DNA of 64,000 bases from an uncultured Actinomycetes bacterium (GTDB taxonomy: Bacteria > Actinomycetota > UBA4738 > HRBIN12): assembly GCA_964447335.1 (NCBI GenBank), contig CAYUSA010000008.1, forward strand, positions 4,863-68,862, in the 5' to 3' direction. The notes under the pieces were generated by a model. The model saw only the letters and a list, made by a program, of their open reading frames with translations, did no database searches and was not told the DNA's origin. The translations under genes were made by a program, and so were the position numbers. Of this stretch, positions 38,983-48,990 are shown in pieces (position 1 is the stretch's first letter; the number at the start of each line of letters is the position of its first letter).

Positions 38983-39858
38983 GTGCTGAAGCTCGTCATC
39001 CCGAAGGGCTCGCTCGAGGCCCAGACGCTCCGGCTGTTCGAGGAGGCGGACCTGCGCGTGCGTCGCGGCTCGGACCGCGACTACCACGGCTCGATCGACG
39101 ACGACCGGATCGAGCGCGTGTCGCTGCTCCGGCCGCAGGAGATCCCGACGTACGTGCAGGACGGGCTGTTCGACCTCGGCATCACCGGGCAGGACTGGAT
39201 AGCCGAGACCGGCGCCGACGTCGAGGTGCTCGCGAGCCTGTCCTACGCGAAGAGCGGCACCGGGCACGGGACGAAGATCGTGCTCGCGGTGCCGAACGAC
39301 CACCCCGCGAACCGCGCGAGCGAGATGCCGCCCGGCTCGCGCATCTCCACCGAGTTCTTGCACCTCACGCAGCGCTTCTTCGCCGACCTCGGCATCGAGG
39401 TCAAGGTCGTGTGGTCCTACGGCGCCACCGAGGCCAAGGTCCCCGAGATCGTCGACGCGATCGTCGACATCACCGAGACCGGCAGCACGCTCCGCGCACA
39501 CGGGATGAAGATCATCGACACGCTCATGACCTCCGAGCCCGTCCTCGTCGCCAACCGGGACTCCGCGGCCGACCCGGCGAAGCGGGCCGCGATGGACGAC
39601 ATCATCACGCTCCTGCTCGGTGCCCTCCGCGCCGAGGGCCGGGTGCTCATCAAGCTGAACGTGAGCGAGGCCGACCTCGCAGCCGTGCTCGAGGTCGTCC
39701 CGGCCATGAAGTCGCCCACGGTCTCGCGGCTGCAGGAGGGCGGTTACGCGATCGAGACCGTGGCCGAGAAACGCCAGGTCAACACGCTGATCCCGCTCCT
39801 CAAGGCCCGGGGCGCGAGCGACATCCTCGAGCTCCCGATCTCGAAGATCGTCCCCTGA
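38983..39858 (+). CDS. hisG: ATP phosphoribosyltransferase (long form)
   Basis: VIPKGSL, RPQEIP.YV..G..DLGITG.DW, GATE, DAIVDITETGSTL, C-terminal PAMKSPTVS regulatory domain; TACACT 7 nt upstream. Confidence 0.96.
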   Translation: MLKLVIPKGSLEAQTLRLFEEADLRVRRGSDRDYHGSIDDDRIERVSLLRPQEIPTYVQDGLFDLGITGQDWIAETGADVEVLASLSYAKSGTGHGTKIVLAVPNDHPANRASEMPPGSRISTEFLHLTQRFFADLGIEVKVVWSYGATEAKVPEIVDAIVDITETGSTLRAHGMKIIDTLMTSEPVLVANRDSAADPAKRAAMDDIITLLLGALRAEGRVLIKLNVSEADLAAVLEVVPAMKSPTVSRLQEGGYAIETVAEKRQVNTLIPLLKARGASDILELPISKIVP

Positions 39859-39881
39859 CCTGGGGTCCCCGCCCGTCCCTT

Positions 39882-41242
39882 GTTGCCTCAAGTCAAGATG
39901 CCCGCGAACGAGGGGATCGTTGCCTCACGGGAAGTGCCCGCGAAGCAGTGGCGCTCCTCACCTCCTTTCGACGTCGGTCCTCCTTCAGCTTGGCCTGCTT
40001 GAGCAGCCGGTCCTGGCACCGGCCGATGTCCCGTTTCAGTTGGGCCGGGTTGAGCGTTCGGTACTGGCGGGTGAGGGTCGCCTTGGTCTTGGCCGAGACC
40101 TCCGACGAAGCGAGCACCCGCCGGTACGGGGTCCGGGCGACGTCGTAGTGCTTGGTGACCCTGGCTCCGTGCCGGGTCTTGTCCTTGAGCTTCATCTGCG
40201 GGGAGAAGAAGTTCACCCACAGACGCAGGTGGCCGTAGAGCTCTTGCAGGACAGCGAGCTCGGCGTCGGTGTCGTAGCGCAGGTACCCGACCGCCCGGCG
40301 CACCACCGACCAGTTCTTCTGCTCCACGTAGCAGCTGTCGTTCTTGCGGTGGGGACGAGAGCGGGTGAAGGTGATCCGCCCGCTCGGTGCAGTAGCGGTA
40401 GAGCTCGTCGTTGATGAACTCGGAGCCGTTGTCCGAGTCGATGCCGGCGAGCGGGAACGGGAGGTCGGCCTGGGCGGCCTGCAGGGCCTCGAAGACCCAC
40501 CGCTGGGCCTTGTTCTTCACCGCGCGTACCTCCGTCCAGCCCGTGGCCACATCGGTCATGTCCAGGCTCTGGCAGAAGTCCCCGGAAGGGTTCCCGCCCT
40601 CGTGGCCCACGAGGTCGATCTCGAGGAACCCCGGGCGGTCCTCGTCCCACTCGGCGAACGTGCGGATCGCGATCTGGTGCTTGAGCATCGTGCCGGGCTT
40701 GGTGCCCGATCGCCCTTTCAGCTCGAGGCCTCGGCGGGCTCCCTTCAGCCGCCGGTCGATGGTGGCCGCCGACATGGAAAGCAGCAGCTCGCGCTCCCGT
40801 GGCCCCAGCTCGAGCTCCCCGAACCGCTGCAGGACCCCCACGATCTCTTCCATGAACGGGGCCAGGCGCTTGCCGCAGGGGCCGTCGAGCGTGGCCCACA
40901 CCTTGGCAAGCGGGGCCGTCAGCTCCGACCCGTAGACGAGCACCCGCCGCCGCGGCTTCCTTGGCTTCGGCCCACCGGCCGCCTGCCTGAGCGCGCGGCG
41001 TGCGTGATCGCGGTTCCATCCCGTGAGCGCACACAGCTCATCGGAGATCCGTCCCTTCCCCTTCTTGGACGTCCTCAGGTACCGCATCAGCGTCTCCTTG
41101 GTCACGGCCTTGCGCTCCACCATGGTGAGCCCCACCGGGTGCCTCCTTCCCCGCCCTTTCGGTGGGGAACAGGCTCACCCGTTCGCGGGCATCCTTCGGT
41201 GAGGCAACGAAGCGCTTTCGCGGGCATTTCTCGTGAGTCAAC
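39882..41242 (-). mobile_element. Insertion sequence (rve/DDE integrase type, IS481-like/ISNCY) with two binding-site repeats at each end
   Basis: Left GTTGCCTCA-N7/8-TGCCCGCGAA x2 (39882-39944) inverted against right TTCGCGGGCA-N7/8-TGAG(G/T)CAAC x2 (41182-41242); no exact TSD seen. Confidence 0.85.
39893..41135 (-). pseudogene. DDE transposase with a frameshift near 40380
   Basis: PGFLEIDLVGHEG, TDVATGW, IDSDNGSEFIN in one frame; ITFTRSRPHRKND.CYVEQKNWSVVRR continues in another frame. Confidence 0.85.
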
Positions 41243-41250
41243 TCGCGTCC

Positions 41251-41307
41251 TTGACAGGCTCCGGCGGCCTCGGGCATCATCACCGAACATGTTTGACCGG
41301 TCATTCA
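41251..41307 (+). promoter_or_regulatory. aceA promoter with downstream palindromic operator
   Basis: TTGACA-N18-CATCAT then TGTTTGACCGGTCATTCA (41290-41307) near-perfect dyad. Confidence 0.6.
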
Positions 41308-41457
41308 ACCTCGACGCGAATGTAGCCGGACCCTAGGCGCGCCCCGGCCGGCCGAGACCGGCTCGTGCGCGCCGCCTCAAGACCTCTCGCGGACCCGCGA
41401 GAGGTCTTGCATCTGCGACCCGAGCGGGCCGAGTCCGCCCACACCGAGGAGCCGACG

Positions 41458-42792
41458 ATGATCGATCTCACGCACGCCGACCGCATCCGCCGCGACGCCG
41501 AGACCCTCGAGGCGACCTGGGCCGCCGATCCCCGATGGGAGGGCATCGAGCGCCCCTACCCGGCCGAGGAGGTGATCCGCCTCCGCGGCTCCTTCGCCGT
41601 CGAGCACACCCTCGCGCGCCTGGGTGCCGAGCGCCTGTGGGAGCTCATGGCGGCCGGGGACTTCGTGCGGGCGCTCGGCGCGATGACCGGCGGCCAGGCC
41701 GTCGAGATGGTGAAGGCCGGCCTGCCCGCGATCTACCTCTCGGGGTGGCAGGTGGCGGCCGACGCGAACCTGGCCGGCCACACGTACCCGGACCAGTCGC
41801 TCTACCCGGCGAACAGCGTCCCGGCCGTGGTCCGGCGCATCAACAACGCGCTCCAGCGCGCCGATCAGATCGCGTGGGCCGACGGCGACGACGGCACCCA
41901 CTGGATGGCGCCGATCGTCGCGGACGCCGAGGCCGGCTTCGGCGGCCCGCTCAACGCGTTCCAGCTCATGAAGGCGATGATCGAGGCCGGCGCGGCGGGC
42001 GTGCACTTCGAGGACCAGCTCGCGAGCGAGAAGAAGTGCGGGCATCTCGGCGGCAAGATGCTCGTCCCGACCGAACAGTTCATCCGCACGCTCACCGCGG
42101 CGCGGCTCGCGGCCGACGTGCTCGGCGCGCCGACGGTGCTGGTCGCGCGCACCGATGCCGACGCGGCGACGCTCCTCACGAGCGACGTCGACCATCGCGA
42201 CCGCCCGTTCGTGACCGGCGAGCGCACGGCCGAGGGCTTCTTCCGCGTGACGAACGGCGTCGAGGCCGCGATCGCGCGCGGGCTCTCGTACGCGCCGTAC
42301 GCCGACGTGCTCTGGTGCGAGACCTCGCACCCGGACCTCGACGAGGCGCGAGGGTTCGCCGAGGCGATCCACGCCCGCTACCCCGGGAAGCTCCTCGCGT
42401 ACAACTGCTCGCCGGCGTTCGACTGGAAGCGGTACCTCGACGACGACGAGATCGCGCGGTTCCAGCGCGAGCTCGGCGCGATGGGGTACGTCTTCCAGTT
42501 CATCACCCTCGCCGGGTTCCACGTGGTGAACGCGTCGATGTTCGACCTCGCGCGCGGCTACGCCGAGGAGGGCATGACCGCCTACGTGCGGCTGCAGGAG
42601 CACGAGTTCACGCTCGAGCCACAGGGCTACACGGCCACCAAGCACCAGCACGAGGTCGGGACGGGCTACTTCGACCGCGTCTCACAGGCCGTGAGCCACG
42701 GCACGGCGTCCACGCTCGCACTCGTCGGCTCGACCGAGGAGGAGCAGTTCGAGGACGCCGAGGAGACCTCGCTCGAGGAGGTCGCTCCCTAG
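41458..42792 (+). CDS. aceA: Isocitrate lyase
   Basis: [61 protein letters not shown]. Confidence 0.97.
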   Translation: MIDLTHADRIRRDAETLEATWAADPRWEGIERPYPAEEVIRLRGSFAVEHTLARLGAERLWELMAAGDFVRALGAMTGGQAVEMVKAGLPAIYLSGWQVAADANLAGHTYPDQSLYPANSVPAVVRRINNALQRADQIAWADGDDGTHWMAPIVADAEAGFGGPLNAFQLMKAMIEAGAAGVHFEDQLASEKKCGHLGGKMLVPTEQFIRTLTAARLAADVLGAPTVLVARTDADAATLLTSDVDHRDRPFVTGERTAEGFFRVTNGVEAAIARGLSYAPYADVLWCETSHPDLDEARGFAEAIHARYPGKLLAYNCSPAFDWKRYLDDDEIARFQRELGAMGYVFQFITLAGFHVVNASMFDLARGYAEEGMTAYVRLQEHEFTLEPQGYTATKHQHEVGTGYFDRVSQAVSHGTASTLALVGSTEEEQFEDAEETSLEEVAP

Positions 42793-42932
42793 CTGTGCAA
42801 CTGACAGCCATCGGTACCTGGGATCCGGGAGATGCCCCCTCCATCAGACCCGTGGAGAACCACCCATCCGCAAGTTCGGTAGAAACAACCCTCTGCTGAC
42901 GCTCCGTCGCGCCGACGCATCGGATAGGCGAC

Positions 42933-43928
42933 ATGCGTATCCGGACGCGACGAACGGTGAGCAACCGCAAGGGTCTTCTTGCCTGCCTGGTGGTGGGCAG
43001 CATCCTCGTGCTCGGCGGCGCGGTCCGAGCGGCCGACGGCGACAGCCAGGCGCGATCCAGGCCGAGCGGGTGGGCGGACTCACTGCGCTCCTCCCCGCAC
43101 GGTGGCGACGTGGTGAACCGCGAGACATGTTCTCTGTGCCACCCACGGGGTCGCGACGGCTACAGCGACGGCTGGGAGCAGCGCGTCACGGCCACGTGCC
43201 TCGCTTGCCACGATGGTCGCGGGCTCACCAGCGCGGGTTCGGACAGCGGCGCCTTGGATGGCCGGCCGGTTGCCGGGCACGAGACCGCGCTGGCGCGCTC
43301 GTCCCGGACGCCTTACGGCCTTTCCTTTCCGCTCTCGGGCCACGTCGTCGGCCCCGACACGGGTCCCGGTTCGCCACCCGGGAAACCAGAAGGATCGCAG
43401 TGCACGAGCTGCCACACGTTCCACGGTGAGCCGGGCCTGGTTGTGAACGGCTGGACGCGGCGGGACGAGGGCAGGCGGATCGGGTGGCAGGATCCCGACA
43501 CCGGTGAGTGGTCGCGGAGGAACCTGCACTACGATGACGCCTCCGGTACATGGCAGGTCTGCGACACGAGGAACGAGGACTGCCGTCCTGCCGAGGTGCT
43601 CGACGCGGGAGGGCGGCTGGTGCCCCTGTATGGGTACAAGCTCCTCACCACGCGCCCCGGCGACACCTCCGCGCAGGTTCGGAGTTACGGTACGCAGTCG
43701 GATAGCCGCGACAAAGTGGCATGGTGTGGCGCTTGCCATCCTTCCCAAGTCGACCGTTCGCTCGGCGGGACGCTCCAGAACCATCCGATAGCGTGCGATG
43801 CGTGCCACGGCGATCCAGAAGACGGTAGCTCCACCGGGTTCCCGCACACCTCAGCGCTCTCCACGCTCCTCAGGCGCTACCCAGACGAGCTGTGTATCGG
43901 ATGTCACGTCTCGGGATCTCTGCCGTAG
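42933..43928 (+). CDS. Secreted multiheme c-type cytochrome (6 CxxCH)
   Basis: CSLCH, CLACH, CTSCH, CGACH, CDACH, CIGCH; N-terminal signal/TM. Confidence 0.85.
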   Translation: MRIRTRRTVSNRKGLLACLVVGSILVLGGAVRAADGDSQARSRPSGWADSLRSSPHGGDVVNRETCSLCHPRGRDGYSDGWEQRVTATCLACHDGRGLTSAGSDSGALDGRPVAGHETALARSSRTPYGLSFPLSGHVVGPDTGPGSPPGKPEGSQCTSCHTFHGEPGLVVNGWTRRDEGRRIGWQDPDTGEWSRRNLHYDDASGTWQVCDTRNEDCRPAEVLDAGGRLVPLYGYKLLTTRPGDTSAQVRSYGTQSDSRDKVAWCGACHPSQVDRSLGGTLQNHPIACDACHGDPEDGSSTGFPHTSALSTLLRRYPDELCIGCHVSGSLP

Positions 43929-43943
43929 CGGCATCCCGGACGT

Positions 43944-44078
43944 CAGCACGGGTTGGGACCGGCTACTTCGACCCGATCTCGCAAGTGGTGAGCCACCGCA
44001 CGGCCTCCACCCTCGCGCTCGTTGGCTCGACGGAGGAGGAGCAGTTCAACGACGACCCGGCCCGGCCGAGGAGGTCGC
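43944..44078 (+). repeat. Degenerate direct duplicate of the aceA 3' end (42646-42785)
   Basis: Encodes [32 protein letters not shown] vs ace[33 protein letters not shown]. Confidence 0.92.
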
Positions 44079-44087
44079 CGGATAGGC

Positions 44088-45017
44088 TCAGGCCGGCAGC
44101 TCGGTCGCCGGCTCGACCTCCGTGGGCACGCCTCGTGTGCGCCCGCGTCGGGCGGTCGTCACGATCACGAGCCCGGTCGCCGCGATCACGACGAGCCCTC
44201 CGAGCACGACGAGCGGCGTCAGCGGCTCGTCGAGCACCGGCCACGCCACCGCGGCCGAGATCACCGGCGCGCACTGGGTGATGAGGGCCGAGAGCCAGGA
44301 CTCCACGTGCCGGTGCGACCAGGCGACGAGCAGGTGACCCGTCGCACCGGGCACGAGCGTGACGACGGCAAGCACGACCCAGTCGCGAGCTTCCGGCCCG
44401 GCCGGCGGGAAGCCGCCGACGAGCAGCGCAACGGGCGTCACCGAGACCGCGCCCGCGAGCATCACGCTCGTCATGTACTCGAGCGCGGAGGCGCTCGCCC
44501 GGGCGCGCTTGGAGAACAGCCAGTAGGCGGTCCACGACAGCGTGCCGAACAGCGCTAGCAGGTCGCCGATCGGGCTCCACGCCGGTGAGCCCGAGGCGCC
44601 GAACGCAACGATCGCGACGCCGACGAACGAGAGCGCGACGAGGGCGCGCTCGCGCGGACCCGGCCGCTCCCCGAACATGCGGCCGGCCGCGAGCAGGATG
44701 AGGATCGGCGAGAGCGCCCCGATGATCGCGGCGTTCGCGACCGTCGTCAGCTTCACCGCGGTGAAGCCGAGCGAGATGTCCATCGCGAACAGCGCCCCTC
44801 CCGGCGCGCACGCCTTGAAGGTCGCCCAGGACAGCCGGCGCCGGAGCACGGCGAGCGCGAGCAGGTGGACCCCAACCCCCAACCACAGCCGATACATCGC
44901 GAACGTCAGCCCGGTGATCGAGGTCGTCTTGACGAACACCCCGACGCTGCCCCACAGCACCGTCGTCACCGAGACCGCGACGATCGCGGTCCTGCGGTGG
45001 GGAGAGGTTCCGGTCAC
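44088..45017 (-). CDS. EamA/DMT family transporter
   Basis: About 10 TM, two EamA repeats (LWGS, TTVANAAII, GDLLAL, LDEP). Confidence 0.9.
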   Translation of the reverse strand: MTGTSPHRRTAIVAVSVTTVLWGSVGVFVKTTSITGLTFAMYRLWLGVGVHLLALAVLRRRLSWATFKACAPGGALFAMDISLGFTAVKLTTVANAAIIGALSPILILLAAGRMFGERPGPRERALVALSFVGVAIVAFGASGSPAWSPIGDLLALFGTLSWTAYWLFSKRARASASALEYMTSVMLAGAVSVTPVALLVGGFPPAGPEARDWVVLAVVTLVPGATGHLLVAWSHRHVESWLSALITQCAPVISAAVAWPVLDEPLTPLVVLGGLVVIAATGLVIVTTARRGRTRGVPTEVEPATELPA

Positions 45018-45068
45018 GGGCGTAGCCTACGGAACGGCAACCATGCCGAACCGTACGGGGAGGGTGTC

Positions 45069-45617
45069 ATGGAACAGCGGCTGATCGGGCGCAAGGTTGC
45101 GTTCCTGCTCGACGAGGGCTTCGAGGACCTCGAGTTCTGGGTGACCGTCATGCGCCTGCGCGAGGAGGGGGCCGAGGTCACGACCGTCGGCACCGCCGCC
45201 GGCAAGACGGTGCGGGGCAAGAACGCGCTGCGGGCGACGAGCGACGTGGCCGCCGCCGACGTCTCGGCCGACGGGTTCGACGCGGTCGTCGTGCCGGGCG
45301 GATGGGCGCCCGACAAGCTCCGGCGGCACCGGGAGATGACCTCGCTCGTCCGCCAGGCCTACGACCAGGGCAAGATCGTCGGACTCATCTGCCACGCGGG
45401 GCTCGTCGGGATCTCGGCCGGGGTGGTCGGCGGGCATCGGGCCACCGGCAGCCTCGGCATCAAGGACGACCTCGTGAACGCCGGGGCTACGTGGGTCGAC
45501 GAGCCGGCCTTCCGCGATGGCAACCTCGTGTGGGGCCGGGTCGTGGAGGACATCCCCGCGTTCTGTCGCGAGCTCGTCGAGGCCATCGCCGGCGCCCAGA
45601 TCCCACGCCACGCCTGA
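45069..45617 (+). CDS. PfpI/DJ-1 family protein (type 1 glutamine amidotransferase-like)
   Basis: GFEDLE, VVPGGWAPDKLR, ICHAG, DGNLV. Confidence 0.92.
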   Translation: MEQRLIGRKVAFLLDEGFEDLEFWVTVMRLREEGAEVTTVGTAAGKTVRGKNALRATSDVAAADVSADGFDAVVVPGGWAPDKLRRHREMTSLVRQAYDQGKIVGLICHAGLVGISAGVVGGHRATGSLGIKDDLVNAGATWVDEPAFRDGNLVWGRVVEDIPAFCRELVEAIAGAQIPRHA

Positions 45618-45657
45618 GCGCGGGCGACATCGTCACCCAGCCGATAGCATCGCGGCC

Positions 45658-46500
45658 ATGCTCACCGGGGCGATCGCGGCCGCCGTGACGCCGCTCACCG
45701 AGGGCGGGACAGATCTCGACGAGGACGCGACCGGGCCGCTCGTTGCGTTCCTCGCGCAGGGGGGGATCGACGGCATCCTCGCGTGCGGGACCACCGGCGA
45801 GGGCATCCTGCTCACGACCCGAGAGCGCGAACGCGCCGTGGAGCGCATCCTCCAGGTCCGTCCGGCGGGCTTCCAGATCGCCGTGCACGCCGGCGCCCAA
45901 ACCACCGCCGACACCGTCACGCTCGCCCGCCACGCGGCCGAGCACGGCGCCGACGCCGTCGCCGTCATCGCCCCGCCGTACTTCCCGCTCGACGGGCAGG
46001 AGCTGTTCGCCCACCTCCGCACGGCCGCCGCGGCGTGTGCGCCGCTCCCGTTCTACGTCTACGAGTTCGTGGGACGCTCCGGCTACGCGGTCCCCGTCGC
46101 CGTCATCGAGCGCCTCCGCGACGACGCCCCGAACCTCGCCGGCCTGAAGGTCTCGGACACGCCGTTCGACCGCGTCGAGCCCTACCTGCTCGAGGGCCTC
46201 GACGTGTTCGTAGGCTCGGAGCCGCTCGTGCTCGAGGGGCTCGAGCACGGGGCCGTCGGCGCGGTCTCGGGCCTCGCGACCGCCTGGCCCGAGATCGTCG
46301 CCGCCCTCGTCCACGACTGGGACCCGATGGCGCACGCCCGCGTCACTGAGCTCCGCGACCGCCTTGCCGGCATCCCGTTCCACGCGGCGCTGAAGACCGT
46401 GCTCGCGGACCGCGGCGTTCCGGTGCGTGCCGACGTGCGGCCCCCGCTCCGCGCGCTCACCGCCCCCGAGCGTGCCCTCGTGCTCGAGCTCGCGCGCTAG
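45658..46500 (+). CDS. Dihydrodipicolinate synthase / N-acetylneuraminate lyase family aldolase
   Basis: AAVTP, CGTTGEG, GADA...IAPPYF, YVY, GLKVS Schiff-base Lys. Confidence 0.88.
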   Translation: MLTGAIAAAVTPLTEGGTDLDEDATGPLVAFLAQGGIDGILACGTTGEGILLTTRERERAVERILQVRPAGFQIAVHAGAQTTADTVTLARHAAEHGADAVAVIAPPYFPLDGQELFAHLRTAAAACAPLPFYVYEFVGRSGYAVPVAVIERLRDDAPNLAGLKVSDTPFDRVEPYLLEGLDVFVGSEPLVLEGLEHGAVGAVSGLATAWPEIVAALVHDWDPMAHARVTELRDRLAGIPFHAALKTVLADRGVPVRADVRPPLRALTAPERALVLELAR

Positions 46501-47186
46501 CCCGACACGAGCGCGGGCACCTCGGCGAGCGACCGGATCGTCGTCCCACGCCAATCGTCGGGCTCCGGCCGATGCACCGTCTCGCCCTCGCTCGGGTCGA
46601 CGATCAGTACCGGGGTCATCCCGACCGCCGCAGCGCCCGAGAGCTCGCCGAAGCTCCCGTCCCCCACGTACAGGCAGGCCGATGGCTCCACGCCGAGCCT
46701 CGAGCACGCGAGGAGGTAGATCTCGGGCTCGGGCTTGCGGAGCCCGGTCTCGCTCGAGAACACCAGCACGTTCACGAGGCCCTCGAGCGGCGACGCGTGC
46801 CAGAGCGGTGGCGTATCCGGCGCGCACATGCTGACGAGCGCCGTGGGATACCCGTGCTCGCGGAGCCACCCGAGCGTCTCGACCGCTCCCGGCTGCGGAT
46901 GGAAGTGCTTGCGGTACAAGGCACGGCGGACCTCGAGCGCCGCCTCGAGCCGCTCCGGCTCCGGCACCAGGCCGATCCGGTCGCACACCGCCACGACGTT
47001 CTGGGCGATGTCCGTGAACCCGCCCGTGAGACGCGCGCTCGCCGTCTCACGCCACGCGGGGCGGAACGCGTCGTGGTCGGCGCCGAGCGCCGTGGCCATG
47101 CCCTCGGACATCGCGTCCCAGTCCGCGATCGGGAACTCGGGGACGAGCGTGCCGAACAGGTCGAAGACGACGGCGCGGAGCCTCAC
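46497..47186 (-). CDS. HAD family hydrolase
   Basis: VFDLFGTL, RKPEPEIY, YVGDG..GEL.GAAAVGM. Confidence 0.9.
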   Translation of the reverse strand: MRLRAVVFDLFGTLVPEFPIADWDAMSEGMATALGADHDAFRPAWRETASARLTGGFTDIAQNVVAVCDRIGLVPEPERLEAALEVRRALYRKHFHPQPGAVETLGWLREHGYPTALVSMCAPDTPPLWHASPLEGLVNVLVFSSETGLRKPEPEIYLLACSRLGVEPSACLYVGDGSFGELSGAAAVGMTPVLIVDPSEGETVHRPEPDDWRGTTIRSLAEVPALVSG

Positions 47187-48904
47187 GCCGGGTTCGGCCG
47201 CATCTTCTGCCGCTCCTCCTCGGCGAGCACGCGGCGGAGCACCTTGCCGACGAGCGTCTCGGGGAGCGCATCGCGGAACTCGAGCAGCTTCGGCGCGCGG
47301 TACCCGGTGAGGCCGTTCGCCGGGTCGCGGCACCAGGCCAGGATCTCCTCGGTCGTCGCGGAGGCACCCTCCTTCAGGACGACGAACGCCTTCACGGCCT
47401 CGCCGCTCCGCTCATCGGGCACGCCGATCACGGCGCACTTGGAGACCTTCGGGTGGCGGTACAGGACCTCCTCGACCTCGTTCGGGTACACGTTGAAGCC
47501 GGAGACGATGATCATCTCCTTCAGCCGATCCACGATCTGGAAGTACCCGTCCGCGTGCATGACCGCGACGTCCCCCGTGTGGAGCCACCCGTTGCGGATC
47601 GCCAGCGCGGTCTCCTCCGGGCGGTTCCAGTACCCGAGCATCACCTGCGGGCCGCGCACGCAGAGCTCGCCGCGCTCCCCGATGCCGACGACGCGGTCGG
47701 GGTCGCTCAGGTCGACTATCTTGCAGTCGGTGTCGGCGACCGGCAGGCCGATGCACCCCGCCCGGCGCTCGCCGTGCAACGGGTTCGCGTGGGTCACCGG
47801 CGAAGACTCGGTGAGCCCGTAGCCCTCGACGAGCGTGGCGCCGCCGGTGATCTCGGCGAAGCGCTGTGCGACCGCGACGGGGAGCGGCGCGCCACCGGAC
47901 ACGCAGGCCTTCACCGAGCGCAGGTCGTACTTCGCCGTGAGCGGCGAGTCGTTCAGCGCGATGAACAGGCGCGGCACGCCGGGGAAGAAGGTCGGCTTCT
48001 CCTTGCTCATCTCCTCGAGCACCATGTGCAGGTCGCGCGGGTTCGGCACGGGGATCAGCTTGCCCCCGCGGAGGACCGCCACGTTCATCGCGATCATCCC
48101 GAAGGAGTGGAAGATGGGGAGCGCGCAGAGCACGGCCTCGGTGCCCTCCTCGAGGCCGAGGTAGCTCGCGCCCTGCATCGCGTTCGCCACGATGTTGCGG
48201 TGCGAGAGCATCGCGCCCTTGGAGACCCCGGTCGTGCCGCCCGTGTAGATGAAGCCCGCGGCGTCGTTCACGACGTCCACCTGCGGCGCGACCGGGATCG
48301 GTCCGGGCGAGTGCATGAGCTCGTGCCACCACTTCACATTCGCGCCCGCCGGGACGGGCGGCCACGGCTTACCGGCCTCGCGCTGCGCCTTCTTGAACCT
48401 CAGTGCCGGGGCGAGCTGCTTCTTCGGGAACGGCATGTAGTCGTTCAGCCGATGGACCACGACGTGCTCGATGCCGACCGTCGCGAAGACGTCGGCGAAG
48501 TCCGCGTACATCAGGTCCAGGACGAGCACGACCTTCGCGCCGCAGTCGCGCAGCTGGTGCTCCATCTCGCGCTTCGTGTAGAGCGGGTTGTTCCCGACCA
48601 CGATGGCGCCGAGCCGCGTGATCCCGAAGTACGCGATCACGTACTGCGGGCAGTTCGGCGTCACGAGCGCGACCCGGTCGCCCTTGCCCACCCCGAGCGA
48701 CGCGAGCATCGCCGAGCACCGCTCGACCTCCGCGAGGAGCTCCCGGTAGTCCATGTGCTTGCCGAACCACGCCATCGCGGTGCCGTCGGGATGTCGGCGG
48801 GCCGCGGCCTCGAGCATCCCGAACACCGAGAGGTCCGGGTACGGCTCGAGGGTCTTCGGCAGGTCGGGTGGGTAGGTCGCGAACCACGGTCGGTGATGGG
48901 TCAT
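47183..48904 (-). CDS. fadD: Long-chain fatty acid--CoA ligase
   Basis: YTGGTTGVSKG, EGYGLTE, WLHTGD, IVDRLKE, GKVLRR. Confidence 0.92.
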   Translation of the reverse strand: MTHHRPWFATYPPDLPKTLEPYPDLSVFGMLEAAARRHPDGTAMAWFGKHMDYRELLAEVERCSAMLASLGVGKGDRVALVTPNCPQYVIAYFGITRLGAIVVGNNPLYTKREMEHQLRDCGAKVVLVLDLMYADFADVFATVGIEHVVVHRLNDYMPFPKKQLAPALRFKKAQREAGKPWPPVPAGANVKWWHELMHSPGPIPVAPQVDVVNDAAGFIYTGGTTGVSKGAMLSHRNIVANAMQGASYLGLEEGTEAVLCALPIFHSFGMIAMNVAVLRGGKLIPVPNPRDLHMVLEEMSKEKPTFFPGVPRLFIALNDSPLTAKYDLRSVKACVSGGAPLPVAVAQRFAEITGGATLVEGYGLTESSPVTHANPLHGERRAGCIGLPVADTDCKIVDLSDPDRVVGIGERGELCVRGPQVMLGYWNRPEETALAIRNGWLHTGDVAVMHADGYFQIVDRLKEMIIVSGFNVYPNEVEEVLYRHPKVSKCAVIGVPDERSGEAVKAFVVLKEGASATTEEILAWCRDPANGLTGYRAPKLLEFRDALPETLVGKVLRRVLAEEERQKMRPNPA

Positions 48905-48990
48905 AGCCGCATCATTCCACTCCACGCGACGCGCCGCGACCTCGCCACGAGAGGGACGCCGCCGCGGCGTCCCGGGTAGGCTCCGCACCG

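Noticed and set aside
39882-39944. Short spaced repeats as a mini-CRISPR
   Set aside because: Only two units per side with ~10 bp gaps, inverted across a transposase; these are IS ends. No cas genes or arrays in the window.
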